64,000 nt of DNA from Octopus sinensis. Taxonomy: Eukaryota. The notes beneath the pieces are model-generated. The model did not search any database and was not told the DNA's origin. It saw only the letters and a program-made list of their open reading frames with translations. Shown piece by piece: positions 39,114 through 51,374 of the stretch (positions within the stretch are counted from its first letter, which is position 1; every line of letters starts with the position of its first letter). The DNA lies in the NCBI RefSeq assembly GCF_006345805.1, contig NC_043000.1:19964001-20028000 (forward strand). The letters are read 5' to 3'. A program made the position numbers and the translations under genes.

Positions 39114-39549
39114 AAGACATTATGAAGAAGAATGGAAAATTATACATCTTCAAAAATTATTCATCACAATATTATTCGTGTTAAATTCCAATCTGACACA
39201 TGTTTCTATTGGATAAATGTCCTAGTGTCCTTTTGATGTAGCATTTGTGTCCAGTATATATTCATCCAAAGTAGACATTCCTAAGCAGCTTTGTTCAAAG
39301 TTTTACCTATACAGATGGGTGCAGCAAATTCACCTTTATGGGTAAAACCTTGAAAAAAGCTGCATAGGAATGTCTACCTTGGATGGATATATTCTGCAAA
39401 TGAATCAACTAAATGCACACAAATGCAACATCAAAGGACACTAGGACACTTGTTCAGTTAAAATATGTCAGATTGGAATTTAACAAGAATAATAAATATT
39501 GTGATGAATAATTTTTGAAGATGTATAATTTTCCATTCTTCTTTGTCTT
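39114..39549. repeat. About 430-bp imperfect palindrome (foldback element)
   Basis: The left arm aagaagaatggaaaattatacatcttcaaaaattattcatcacaatatt... is the reverse complement of the right arm ending ...gaagatgtataattttccattcttctt. Pairing continues inward to a loop near 39310-39340. Confidence 0.92.
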
Positions 39550-39551
39550 CA

Positions 39552-39630
<79 letters not shown>

Positions 39631-39694
39631 GGTAGTATGTGATTTGAGATTTAACTGGTATTTCTAGTAGGTCAAGTCAAGCGACATTGCAGAA

Positions 39695-40034
39695 CAGTAG
39701 TTCTCAACCGGCATCCACATGACCCTTGGAGATCCATATAGGATCTTGTTAAAACGTATGAGCAACAAATTAATTGGACTTCTGCATTGCACAAAATATT
39801 CTAATAATCATTTTTTAATAGCAATAATACATCTGAGCGAGAAGTAAACAGTAGCAGCACGGAATCGTGAAGTATATTTGTCATCTAAAAGTGGCGGACC
39901 CATAAGGGACGTCCTAATTATATTTAATTATAAACATATAATGGATTTTTTTAAAGTCAAGTTGCTATTAGGGTACAGTGGAGTGAAATAGGAATCAGAG
40001 GGGACTATTGGTAAAACACGGTTGAGAAACACTG
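39695..40034. mobile_element. hAT-type MITE
   Basis: TIRs CAGTAGTTCTCAACCG / CGGTTGAGAAACACTG; no clear TSD. Confidence 0.7.
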
Positions 40035-40139
40035 CGGTAAAAAGATTTTCGTTTACCACCAAGGTACGTCACTCTTTCGACATTAAAATAGAGTGACGTC
40101 CCTTGAATCGTTCAAATATTCACAATGATTTTATTATCA

Positions 40140-42198
40140 TTATCATCGTTACTTAGTATCTGTTATCTATCTATGCTGGCATGGGTTGGACGGGTTGACC
40201 AGGCCTGGTAAGCTGGAAGGCTGCACCAGACCTCAGTCTGATTTGGCATCGTTTCTACGGCTGGATGCCCTTCCTAACGCCAACCACTCAGAGAATGTAA
40301 TGGGTGCTTTTATGTGCCAATGGTATCTGCCACAACTGCAATTTTACTTGGCTTGAATGGTCTTCTTCTCAAGCACGACATAATGCCAAAGGCCTCTCTG
40401 AGGCCCAACACTCGAAAGGAGTTTTTCACATGCCACCGGCATCGACCACTCTGAGGCCAAAAAGGTGCTTTTTCTGTGCCACTGGCATGGGTACCAGTTA
40501 CATGACACCCGCATCAGCCATGACTGCAATTTCACTTAGCTTGATGGGTCTTCTCAAGCACAGCATATCGCCAAAGGTCTCAGTCACTAGTCTCTGTGAG
40601 GCCCAAAGTGAAATACATTTTAATAAACTTTACAATTATTTAAGGCAGTGAACTGGCAGACTCATTAACATGCCAAGCAAAATGATTAGCAGCATTTCAT
40701 CTGTCTTAAGATTCCAAGTTTAAATTCCACCAAGGTCAACTTTCTGTTCAAATTCTGCCAAGGTCAACTTTGCCTGTCATCTTTTGGGATCGATAAAATA
40801 AGTACCAGTTGATTATTGGAGTCGATGTTATCAACTTCCTTCCCCCACTGGAGTTGATGGCCTTGTGCCATATTTTACAATTATACACACACACTACACA
40901 CACAAAGGTGCAAATGTAACTGAATGGTTAAAATGCTAACTTTCTAACTATGTGATCTTGGGTTTAGTCCCAATATGTCACATCTTCAGCATATGATTTC
41001 TACAATAGCTCCAACGAGGCCAAAGGTGAGGATTTAGTAAACAGAAACTGAAAAGAAGGCCATCATATATATGTATACATACATATACAGGGTTGTCCAA
41101 AAGTCACCCAACAGTAAATCAAAATTCCATAAATACTATCTGGAATTCTGTATTGACTCGAATGGGAAAATGGTGTCGCTCAAGAATGACTTCAGTTTGA
41201 ACAATTTTCATGATGTTTCATATTTAGATGCTTTTATTAAATTCATTCAGTTCTTAATCTTAAATCTTGGAATATATATCATCATCATCATCATTTAACG
41301 TCCGCTTTCCATGCTAGCATGGGTTGGACGACTTGACTGAGGATTGGCAAGCGAGATGGCTGCACCAGGCTCCAATCTGATCTGGCAGAGTTTCTACAGC
41401 TGGATGCCCTTCCTAACACCAACCACTCCGAGAGTGTAGTGGGTGCTTTTACGTGCTACCAGCTCAAGGGCCAGTCAGGCGGTACTGGCAACAGCCACGC
41501 GCAAGTGATGCTTTTTATGTGTCACCTGCACAGGAGCCAGTCCAGCAATACTGGCAATGACCTTGCTCAAGTGTTTTTCACGTGCCAGTAAGGTGACGCT
41601 GGTAATGATCACGTTTGAATGGTACTTTTTACGTGCCACCGGCACGGAAGCCAGTCAGCTGCTCTGGCAACAATCACACTCGGATGGTGCTCTTAGTGCT
41701 CCACTGGCACGGGTGCCATATATATATTTTATATATTTATATATATCATCATCATCATCATCATCGTTTAACGTCCGTTTTCCGCGCTAGCACGGGTTGG
41801 ACGGTTCGACCGGGGTCTGGGAAGCCAGGGGCCGCTCCAAGCTCCAGTCTGATCTGGCAGAGTTTCTACGGCTGGATGCCCTTCCTAACGCCAACCACTC
41901 CGTGAGTGGAGTGGGTGCTTTTTACGTGCCACCTGCACAGGGGCCGGGGGGTCCGGCATCGGTCATGATCGGTTCGAGCTTTTAACGTGCCACCGGCACG
42001 GGGCAACGGGATCCGGGGTACTTTGGGGATCCGGGGTACTTTGAATGGGTAGGGGGTATGTGGAATTGCTGCAGAAAGCAGCCCGGGTCTTTGCAGTCAC
42101 AGCATATCTCCAGAGATCTCGGTCCTTCACCATTGCCTCAGTGAGGCCCAATGCTCTGAGGTCATGCTTGACTACCTCATCCCATGTCTTCCTGGGTC

Positions 42199-42200
<2 letters not shown>
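40140..42200 (-). mobile_element. Cluster of minus-strand RTE 3' ends and RTE-tail SINEs
   Basis: Repeated (CAT)n + tttaacgtccgctttccatgctagcatgggttggacg units; RTE C-terminus RPRKTWDEVVKHDLRALGLTEAMVKDRDLWRYAV at about 42090-42198. Confidence 0.85.
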
Positions 42201-42236
<36 letters not shown>

Positions 42237-43779
42237 ATATATATAAGTGACTGAGACATTTGATGATATGTGCTGTGCTTGAGGAGATCATCAAGTCAAG
42301 TGAAATCGTAGTCGCGGTCATTGCCAGTGTCATGTAAATGACACCTGTGAAATTGTAGTCGCGGCCGTTGCCGGTGTCATTTAAGTGGCACCTGTCCCAG
42401 TGGCATGTAAAAAGCATCCATTACATTCTCAGAGTGGCTGGCATTAGGAAAGGCATCCAGCCATACAAACCATACCAAATCTGACTGGAATCTGATGCAA
42501 CCCACTGGCTTACTAGTTCCTGTCAAACAATCTAACCCATGCCAGCATTGGTAGCAGACATTAAATGATGGTGATGGTGGTACATCTTTTCCTTTTTCAG
42601 TGATTAGACTGTGGCCATGCTGGGGCACCACCTTGAATTTTCAGTTGAGTTAAGTACCCCAGTACTTATTTTCCTTATTTTAAGCCTAGCACTTATTCTA
42701 TTGGTCACTTTTGCTGAACTGCTAAGTTATAGAAACATAAACATACCAACACCAGTTGTCAAGCAGTGATAGGGGACAAACATAAACACAAACACACACA
42801 CATGCATATGTGTGTGTATGTGTATGTGTACACGAGAGGCTTCTTTCAGTTTCCTTCCACCCCAAATCTATCTGTATTTATGTATATATGTATATACACA
42901 TACATTATAAGCACAGGTTTAGCTGCATGGTAAGAAGCTTGCTTCCCAACCACATGGTTCCAGGTTCAGTCCCACTGCATGGCACCTTGGGCAAGTATTT
43001 TCTATTATAACCCAGGCCAGCTAAAGTTTTGTGAACAGATTTGGCAGACAGAAATTATAAGAAGCCTGCACTTTATATGTATATAAATATATATATGTTC
43101 GGGTGTGATGTATGATGTACATGTGAGTGTGTGTATATTTGTGCCTCCTTGTCTTGATATTGCATGATAGTCATAAAATGATTGTCACTATATCCATTAT
43201 TCTGCATGAACATGTCTGGCCATGAGGAAACAGGTGAGGATTAACAACAGGAAGGGCATCCCATGAGAGAAAATCTGCCTCTATAAACTCTGTTTGACCT
43301 TGTAAACATGGAAAAATGAGCCGTCGTCATCATCATCATCATTTAACATCCGTTTTCCAACATGGGTTGGACAAGTGTTAAAATGATAATGATGATCATT
43401 GATCTATGCACATATATATATATATGTATATGTATATATAAATATATATAAAATAAAATACAAAATATATATATAAAATAAAATCTTTTTTTTTTTTTTC
43501 CTATGCTACCATGCATCAGAAAATTTGAGACATATTATGACAGCTTTACCATCAGATGCCCTTCCTTTCAGCAACATCACTTCATTATCAAGTGGTTCCT
43601 TATTCCATATCATTAAAGATGCAAAGCCATGAGGCAGTCTGTTGACAGGGTAAATGACAACATTACTGTTTTAGCTCAGCAATTGTGAGAGGATCACAAC
43701 TGTAAAAAAAAAACATGAATACACACACACACATACACACTTGCATGTGTGTATATGTGTATAAATGTGTATGTATGTA

Positions 43780-43860
<81 letters not shown>

Positions 43861-44289
43861 TAAATAAAGGTGGCTTGTTTGCAATTTTACAACTGAAAGG
43901 CAGAAACATATATGTCACTAAAGTAACTGAGGGCACTAGTCAGCACCAGTATTGCTAGAAATAAGTGTTAAAACAACTCATAGCCACAAGAAGTAATGCA
44001 AGCTCTCACAGTGACTAGGAATAGCCAGATCACAGTGATTTCGCATTTATATTAATGCTCTTCAGTGACTCTCACCTATCATCTTGGGTTAAACCCAACC
44101 TGCCTTGTCAGTTTATAAGATTATTGTAGGAATCATATCATCATCATCATTTAATGTCTGCTTTCCATGCCAGCATTGAAAGGATAGATATATATTTATA
44201 TGCAATGGACTTCTTTCAATTTTTGCCTAACAAATCTACAAGTACTTTTTCAATATGCAGGCATAGTATATCCTTTCATGAGGCTTTTT

Positions 44290-44645
44290 CGTGGCCAGAT
44301 TTTCTGTTGATGGGGATGTTGGGGCTAGAGTAATCAGTGGAATGGCTGGCAAGAGTGAATGGAGCACGGTGGTATGGGTATGTGTTGAGGAGGGATGAGG
44401 AGCATATTCTGAGGAGGGTGCTAGAGTTTGAGGTGAAGGGACAGCAAAAGCAAGGCAGAGTGAGGAAAATGTGGAGGGGACAAGGTGGAGGAGGAGATGG
44501 GGAGGGTTGGTTTGAGAAGGGAGGATGCCCAAAACCAGGCAAGATGGCGAGATGGTGTGAGGGCAGTTGCTATGGCATTGAGGTAGATCCGGCCACCCCT
44601 GTTAACGGGGACAAAACCCAGATTCAAAATGATGGATGATGATAA
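44290..44645 (+). mobile_element. RTE-type LINE 3' end
   Basis: RWYGYVLRRDEEHILRRVLEFEVKGQQKQGR motif with a (GAT) tail. Confidence 0.8.
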
Positions 44646-45468
44646 TGAGTATAGTCAAACCATTAAGAAATTTACTTTGCATCCACAAGATCCTAGGTTT
44701 GAATTCTCAACATAACATCTTGAACAAATATCATTTTCTATGGTTTCAGGGTTAACCCATACTTTGTGAGAGAAATTAAGTCAACAGAAACTGAATAGAA
44801 ACCAATAGGGTGGATTGTACCTGTGATCCAAAAGATAAAGCCTTTTCATACATTGTGTCATACTGATTCTGTCTCAGAATTACATTATGGGTGTCTGTGA
44901 AATGCTCAGCCACTTTTATGTTAATCCAGAATCAACATTGTCAAACAATGGATATTCATCACCATATATGAGCCATGAAATCAATACCTTACATAGAACT
45001 ATTGGCAAATTAGTAGCATTTAAAATTTTAGATACAAAGCAAAATACTCTATCCACTTAATTATGGTTGATGAAGCACACTAACCCTTTAGCGTTCACAT
45101 TATTCTGTCAAAAGTAATGCTTATCTATTCATATGTCTTTAATTAATTATGCATTATCTTGCAGCTTTAAGATTTTGATGAGGTAACTATTAAATTCTTG
45201 AATAATATTGTAGTGTAGGTGTGAGAGGTCACATCTGGCCAGTTTAACATAAAAGAAGTAGAATATTTGTGCCAGATATGGCCAGTTTAAATACTAAAGG
45301 GTTAAAGGAGAAAAACATGTCAAAGAGGTGATGAATTTATTGACACCAGAGCCGTTGTAAGACTGGGAGGCTACTATTGACACAATCAGATATATAGTGG
45401 GTTTTGATAAAACTTTGAATTTATCATTCTAAATACTTCCTAAGCTGCAAAGAACTCTTAAGGACCAG

Positions 45469-46546
45469 TATTTAGGTCCAGCTTTTATGGCATTAAGTCT
45501 AGAATGATACAGTACCTATTTGTGATAACAAGTTGAACAAAGAGGTGTAAAATTTGGTGGTAGACAATCCATCAGCCACAGAATTCCTATAACCTAGCCA
45601 TAGAATCCCTATTACAGAGTCCACAAGTATTTAGGCCAGATCTCTAATCTGAAAATAGCTTCCTCCCACAGATACTGATGCCCTAAAAGGCCCCCTCCTC
45701 TAAGCTATTTACATAAAAATGCTCTCTAAATACAAAAAATACAGATCTATGTTCAAACTTATTAACCTCAAGCCCAAGTATTGACTATATGAGGGAGTGG
45801 GGTAGACAACAGATGAGGGTTCAGCACCTTGCTAAACAAATTCTTCAGACAATTTGTTCATAGAGATCAAATGCTTGTGCTACACATTAGCTTGCTCTCT
45901 CCATCAAACACTGACACTGCCTTTACAGGTACATAATGTACCAGCTGTTAGATGTCAAAGTGATCGCAGAACATCTGGTTACTGAAACTATAATCTCATG
46001 ACTGCAGCACCCTAACCAGTAGGCCTCATGCTCTTGCGTATATATATTTCAAAAGGATCAATGATCCCTCCCAAGCCATAGGTTCATGAGGACAGTTTAT
46101 CGGATTCTGTAACATATATATTACCCCACTGAATGGGACACCAGTCCTTTACAAGATCACACATTTTTACTAAATAATTGAACTTGAGCAACATGAAATA
46201 AAGCATATTGCTCAAGAGCACAAAGCATTACCTGGTCCAGAAATCTTGTAATCATGGGTGCAACACACTAACCATTAAGCCATGTGCCTCAACACTTTAC
46301 ATATATCATCATCATATTTAGGTCCAGCTTTTATGGCATTAAGTCTAGAATGATACAGTACCTATTTGTGATAACAAGTTGAACAAAGAGGTGTAAAATT
46401 TGGTGGTAGACAATCCATCAGCCACAGAATTCCTATAACCTGGCCATTGAATCCCTATTACAGAGTCCACAAGTATTTAGGCCAGATCTCTAATCTGAAA
46501 ATAGCTTCCTCCCACAGATACTGATGCCCTAAAAGGCCCCCTCCTC
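45469..46546 (+). repeat. 232-bp direct duplication (45469-45700 and 46315-46546)
   Basis: Two copies of tatttaggtccagc...aaaaggccccctcctc differing at two visible positions. Confidence 0.95.
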
Positions 46547-47023
46547 CTCCTCATCATCATCATCATTATTTAGCGTCCACTTTCCATGCTAGCATGGGTT
46601 GGACAGTTCAACTGGGGTCTGGGAGGCCAGAAGGCTGCACCAGGCCCAGTCTGATCTGGCAATGTTTCTACGGCTGGATGCCCTTCCTAACGCCAACCAC
46701 TCCGTGAGTGTAGTGGGTGCTTTTTACGTGCCACTGGCACAGGTGCCAGACGGGGCTGGCAAACGGCCGCGGTCGGATGGTGCTTTTTACGTGCCACCGG
46801 CACGGGGTCCAAGCGAGGCTGGCAACGGCCACGATCGGATGGTGCCTTTTACGTGAAAAGGTTATATATATAATCATTTTAATATCTACTTTTCCGTGTT
46901 TGTAGACGAAATTCACGGAGGTAGATTTTTCTACAGTTGGATGCTGTTTCTATTGCCAACCATTTCCTGTTTCCAAACAAGGTGATAACATCTCTCAGTC
47001 CTCCAAACATGAACAGCACAATG

Positions 47024-47065
<42 letters not shown>

Positions 47066-47075
47066 TACACATATA

Positions 47076-47199
47076 TATATTAAATTAGAGACAAAACCAC
47101 TATTAGGCAAATCATACAATGAAAAACTTTAGCCAATATTGGCTTAAGTTTTTCATTGTATGATTTGCCTAATAGTGGTTTTGTCTCTAATTTAATATA
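47076..47199. repeat. 124-bp near-perfect palindrome with no loop
   Basis: Centred on agccaat|attggct (47137/47138) with one mismatch; sits between (TA)n runs. Confidence 0.95.
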
Positions 47200-47278
47200 A
47201 TATAATATTTTACTATAGAATTGGATTCAATCCTAAATCTGATTTTTCCCTGTAAGTTTGGATTTATTCCCTAATATT

Positions 47279-47329
<51 letters not shown>

Positions 47330-47996
47330 ATATAATATGAAGGAGAGAAAGCGAGAGAGAGAGATTTGTTTATCTTGTGATACATAACGTAACATGTAAC
47401 ATCTGATATATGTCTATTTATATGTAAGGTAAACAGTACTGCATAATCATACAAACTACAGTTTGGTCGACTGTATAAATGTATACATCAACAGAATGAA
47501 AAATTATATCTGATCTCCCTGCACTGAAATGTTAAATAACAACAGGAACTGTACAGGTTATCACTGATCTTTGTTTGCGATTTATCTTCCCAATGGCAAG
47601 GGGTTTCGTTTTACAAACCTCAATGACTTCGGTGTTGAAGGGATGGTGAGCATTAACCTCGTTTAAAGAACTGGGTTAATGGGCAACAGCGGTCAAGGAG
47701 CGAAAAGAAAAATGATTATATAACTTCTAGTTACGGATCTAATTGTAACATTTATATATCACTGATTCATGGCGATACATTAAGACATCACACACGCACA
47801 CATAGGCGTTACATGTGTATATATCTGTGTGTGTAGATGGATGGATGGATGGATGCAAGCATGCATGCGTGTCCATATACAACTTGCGATCGAAAAAGTT
47901 TACAATGACCATATAAATGCATAATATAAGCCGACCAACCACTGTGCAATGTATATATGCATAAATGTCTGTCTATCTATCTATCTATCTATCTCT

Positions 47997-48045
<49 letters not shown>

Positions 48046-48075
48046 TGTATGTATATATGTATGTATGTGTGTATG

Positions 48076-48144
<69 letters not shown>

Positions 48145-48808
48145 GAAATTTATTGATTTCTTGCATTAGCAGATAGGATAACTATTTAAGGAGATGAGGA
48201 AATAGGATTCTTGTGTGGCATTTGGATCTGTCCGAAAAGCACTTGGTAGCGTAAACGGAAAGAAAATAGCATCGACTTGACATCGAAACAGTAACGTGGA
48301 CACCCACTCACCGAGTTTACATCCTACTTTACAGCACTTGACACTCATGTAAACATATATTGGGGTATTCTTCTTTTTTTTTTTATCAGCTAATCAAAAG
48401 AGGTACAGTTGAAAGTTATGGCATTCGTGCCTTTGACAGGAATATTAGAAGTGTAATCTTAAGGCAATGAAATAGTCTTCGATCAGGTATCGAAACGGTA
48501 TCGCGGATTTGTTTCGACCGTGATGTTATCTATTGCTCAACAACGCTCGCCCCCTCGTATGTACACTAAAGCTTTAAGCTTACAGCATGGATATCAACGG
48601 TTACAATAAACTTGACATGAATCCATAACATCTCTACTGCTACGATGTCTGTTGAATAGGTGTTTTATAAATTACAAGAAGGAAAATCCAACAAATGTGA
48701 GAAGGAAACCTCCTTGGTGTGGCATTTGCGTTAAAAGCCACTACTGCAATAAAACTCAAAGGAAATGAAAACGAAAGAAAAGATCTGGATTGAAAAGACT
48801 TGACTTAC

Positions 48809-48929
48809 CAAAACCTGGAGACTTGTGAACAAGTTGTCTGACAAATTCTAAAGCCCTTTGCCAGCTGCATTCGGCCCTACATTTCTCAATTTCAGCCTCC
48901 AGCCGGGATGGCTTCACTTTCGCCGCCAT
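48809..48929 (-). CDS. TTC7B: TTC7-family (tetratricopeptide repeat protein 7B-like) coding exon 1
   Basis: The minus strand reads ATG (G at -3 and +4) MAAKVKPSRLEAEIEKCRAECSWQRALEFVRQLVHKSPGF plus 1 nt, then donor GTAAGT at 48808. This resembles the TTC7B N-terminus (SRLETEIERCRSECQW). 121 nt, phase 1. Confidence 0.92.
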
Positions 48930-49400
48930 TACACAGGAAACTGTACAAAGTCGTCTGCTAGTTACATTAATTTCAATAGATTTATTTTATTTTTTGTGTT
49001 TAGGAAATGAATTTCACTGATATATATTTCTTTTAGTATAATTTATATTTCGTACACAAAAATATTAATTTCTATTTTCATTCATCATTATACATGCACA
49101 TTTAATAATAATTAATATAAGCGAACCTTGATTTCGAGCAGAATTACCTCCCACTATAAAGATATATAAAACTGCTAGATAAAAGAAGTGATTACTTTTC
49201 CATATTTAAGCAGTAAATCTTGCATTAATCTATTATATTTCATAATAATGCGTTGTCTGAAAAATACGATAATCATTAATGACAAGTGATACTATTTGAC
49301 TATCATGTGTGTATTCCTGCGAATTCGACCTTATCTAAACAATTAGAACTTTATACTCTCGAATAAATATAAATTACTCTGTGTGTTCAGAGGTCTGGGT
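48930..49400 (-). promoter_or_regulatory. Probable 5'UTR/proximal promoter region of the TTC7 gene
   Basis: Non-repetitive AT-rich sequence directly upstream of the ATG, within a zone (about 47.5-50 kb) that looks richer in CpG than the introns. No TSS can be fixed from sequence. Confidence 0.4.
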
Positions 49401-51154
49401 TGTATCCTATATAGAAGAACGAGCCCATAACCATCTAATTTGAAAAATATAAATTTAAAATTATTGATTTTGTAGGTGTGGCTTCGTAGCTCCACATCGG
49501 CTCTGATCCAACTGACCTATGATCAAAATATTTCACTCGTGATCGTCCTGTTTTCTTCCTTTCTTTCTTTGTGTGTGTTGCGCGCGTGAAAGCGCATGGC
49601 TTAGTGGTTAGGGTATTGCCCTCACGATTGTGAGATCGTGATTTCGAATCCGAGACCGGGCGTTGCGTTGTCTTCTTGAGTAAAGCACATTATTTCACGT
49701 TGCTCTACGATCATTTCGTCGTCTGACATGTGGCACATGGTGCACCTGTACAGGTAATGTCGATTTGATGGAGGGAGTGACCTTAAATGAACACAAGCAT
49801 TTGATCGCTATAAACAAATTATCTATGTGATTGTTCAGCAAGAAATTGCCGAGCCCTCGTATGTCGTCTAACGTTAAGGTGGCCTGTGGGATTGAAAAGA
49901 GGACGGTCAAATTGCTGTTTAATTAAGACGTATGATTTTAAACGTGTCCAACCTCATGCCGAAGGACGAAGAATTATATGGATGCATAATCGTAGTGTTT
50001 TCCTATTAATAAAGAGATAGAGGAGAACTGATCTACATCATCCATTGGGTTATTCAGTTTTATAAGTTGGGTGTAACTTACGTAAGATTTTGCTGCTATT
50101 TCTAGTGAGGTGATTGATCATGTAGAAGCTCCCTCTTGGCTTTGACTGGTCTAGTTTAATTTGCCTATCATATTTTGTAATTTAATACTTTTGACTTACT
50201 TAAAAATTTGATACATTAATCAATGCAAATTGATTAATTTTAATTTTTTGAAAGCATTTCAAAGCAACTTTTCTCTTCAGTTTTGGTTAAGTTGAGGAAA
50301 ACTTCGAAGCAGACAGTATCATCTTAATCATCTTGTATAATTTCATTATACTGTCATTATACATAGGACACAGGGCCGACTTTGCCTTTCATTCTATTGG
50401 GGTCGATAAATTAAGTACCAGTTGCATGTTGGGTCGATCTAATCGACTGGCTCTCTCCCCAAAAATTTCAGGTTTTGTGCCTAGAGTAGAAAAGATTATA
50501 CATAGGACACAATTAGCTGTGGCTGTGGGGTAAGGAGTTAGCTTCCCAACCACATAGTTTTGGGTTCAGTACCATTGTGATACCTTGGGTGAGTGTCTTC
50601 TGCTACAGCTTTGGGCTGACCAAAACCTTGTGGGTGGATTTTGCTGACAGAAACTGAAAGAAGCCCATCATATATATACATATATTTGTGTATATGTATG
50701 TATGTATGTGTGTGTATGTATGTATGTATGTATGTATGTATGTGTCTTTGGTGGTCCCCCACCATTGCTTGACAACCATGTTGGTGTGTGTGCATCTCCA
50801 TAACTTAGTGGCTTGGCAAAAGAGACTTATAGAATAAGTGCCAGGCTTAAAAGAAAATAAGTACAGGGGTCGTTTCACTCAACTAAAATTCTTCCAGTCA
50901 GTGCCCCAGAATGGTTACAATCTAATGATTGAAACAAGTAAAAGGTAATTATTGATAGACTGACTGATCTCTTAATCAGACAATAATTTATAGCTAAAAT
51001 AGTCATCATCATCATCACTTTACATCCATTTTTGTACTTCTGCATGGATTGGATGAGTCTTCTTCAACCCAGCATCTTACCACTTGTTGCAGTCATCATC
51101 TCGTTCATACCTCCAGACAACAGCCTTCAGTTCTTTTTCCCATGTCTTCCTTAC

Positions 51155-51374
51155 CCCTTTCGTTACCAACCCGGCTGAAACCGGCTCTGGCTCTGAGTAC
51201 AAATGTCTTGTTTTCATAAGTTTTCAATTAAAATCTTCCACCGAACCTTAATCACAATTTATGTTCCTAACACTAGCTTAATGATAACTAAGTTGTTTTA
51301 CTAAATTCTTTGTAATATTTGAAGTAATTGAAAGAAACACAGAGCATCTCAAAACAAATACAGTAATGAAAGGA
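51155..51374. mobile_element. piggyBac-type MITE (inverted copy of 56898-57117)
   Basis: CCCTTTCGTTAC...GTAATGAAAGGA ends; the internal sequence is the reverse complement of the 56898 copy. Confidence 0.8.

Noticed and set aside
42007-42043. 18-bp tandem duplication ggggatccggggtacttt
   Set aside because: A small slippage duplication within an RTE 3' UTR; similar trivial duplications occur at about 40720-40775 and 52188-52260.
41440-42050. CRISPR-like repeat-spacer pattern (recurring cttttacgtgccaccggcacg)
   Set aside because: These are internal sub-repeats of the RTE 3' UTR/SINE, with irregular spacing and related spacers. The context is eukaryotic and there are no cas genes.
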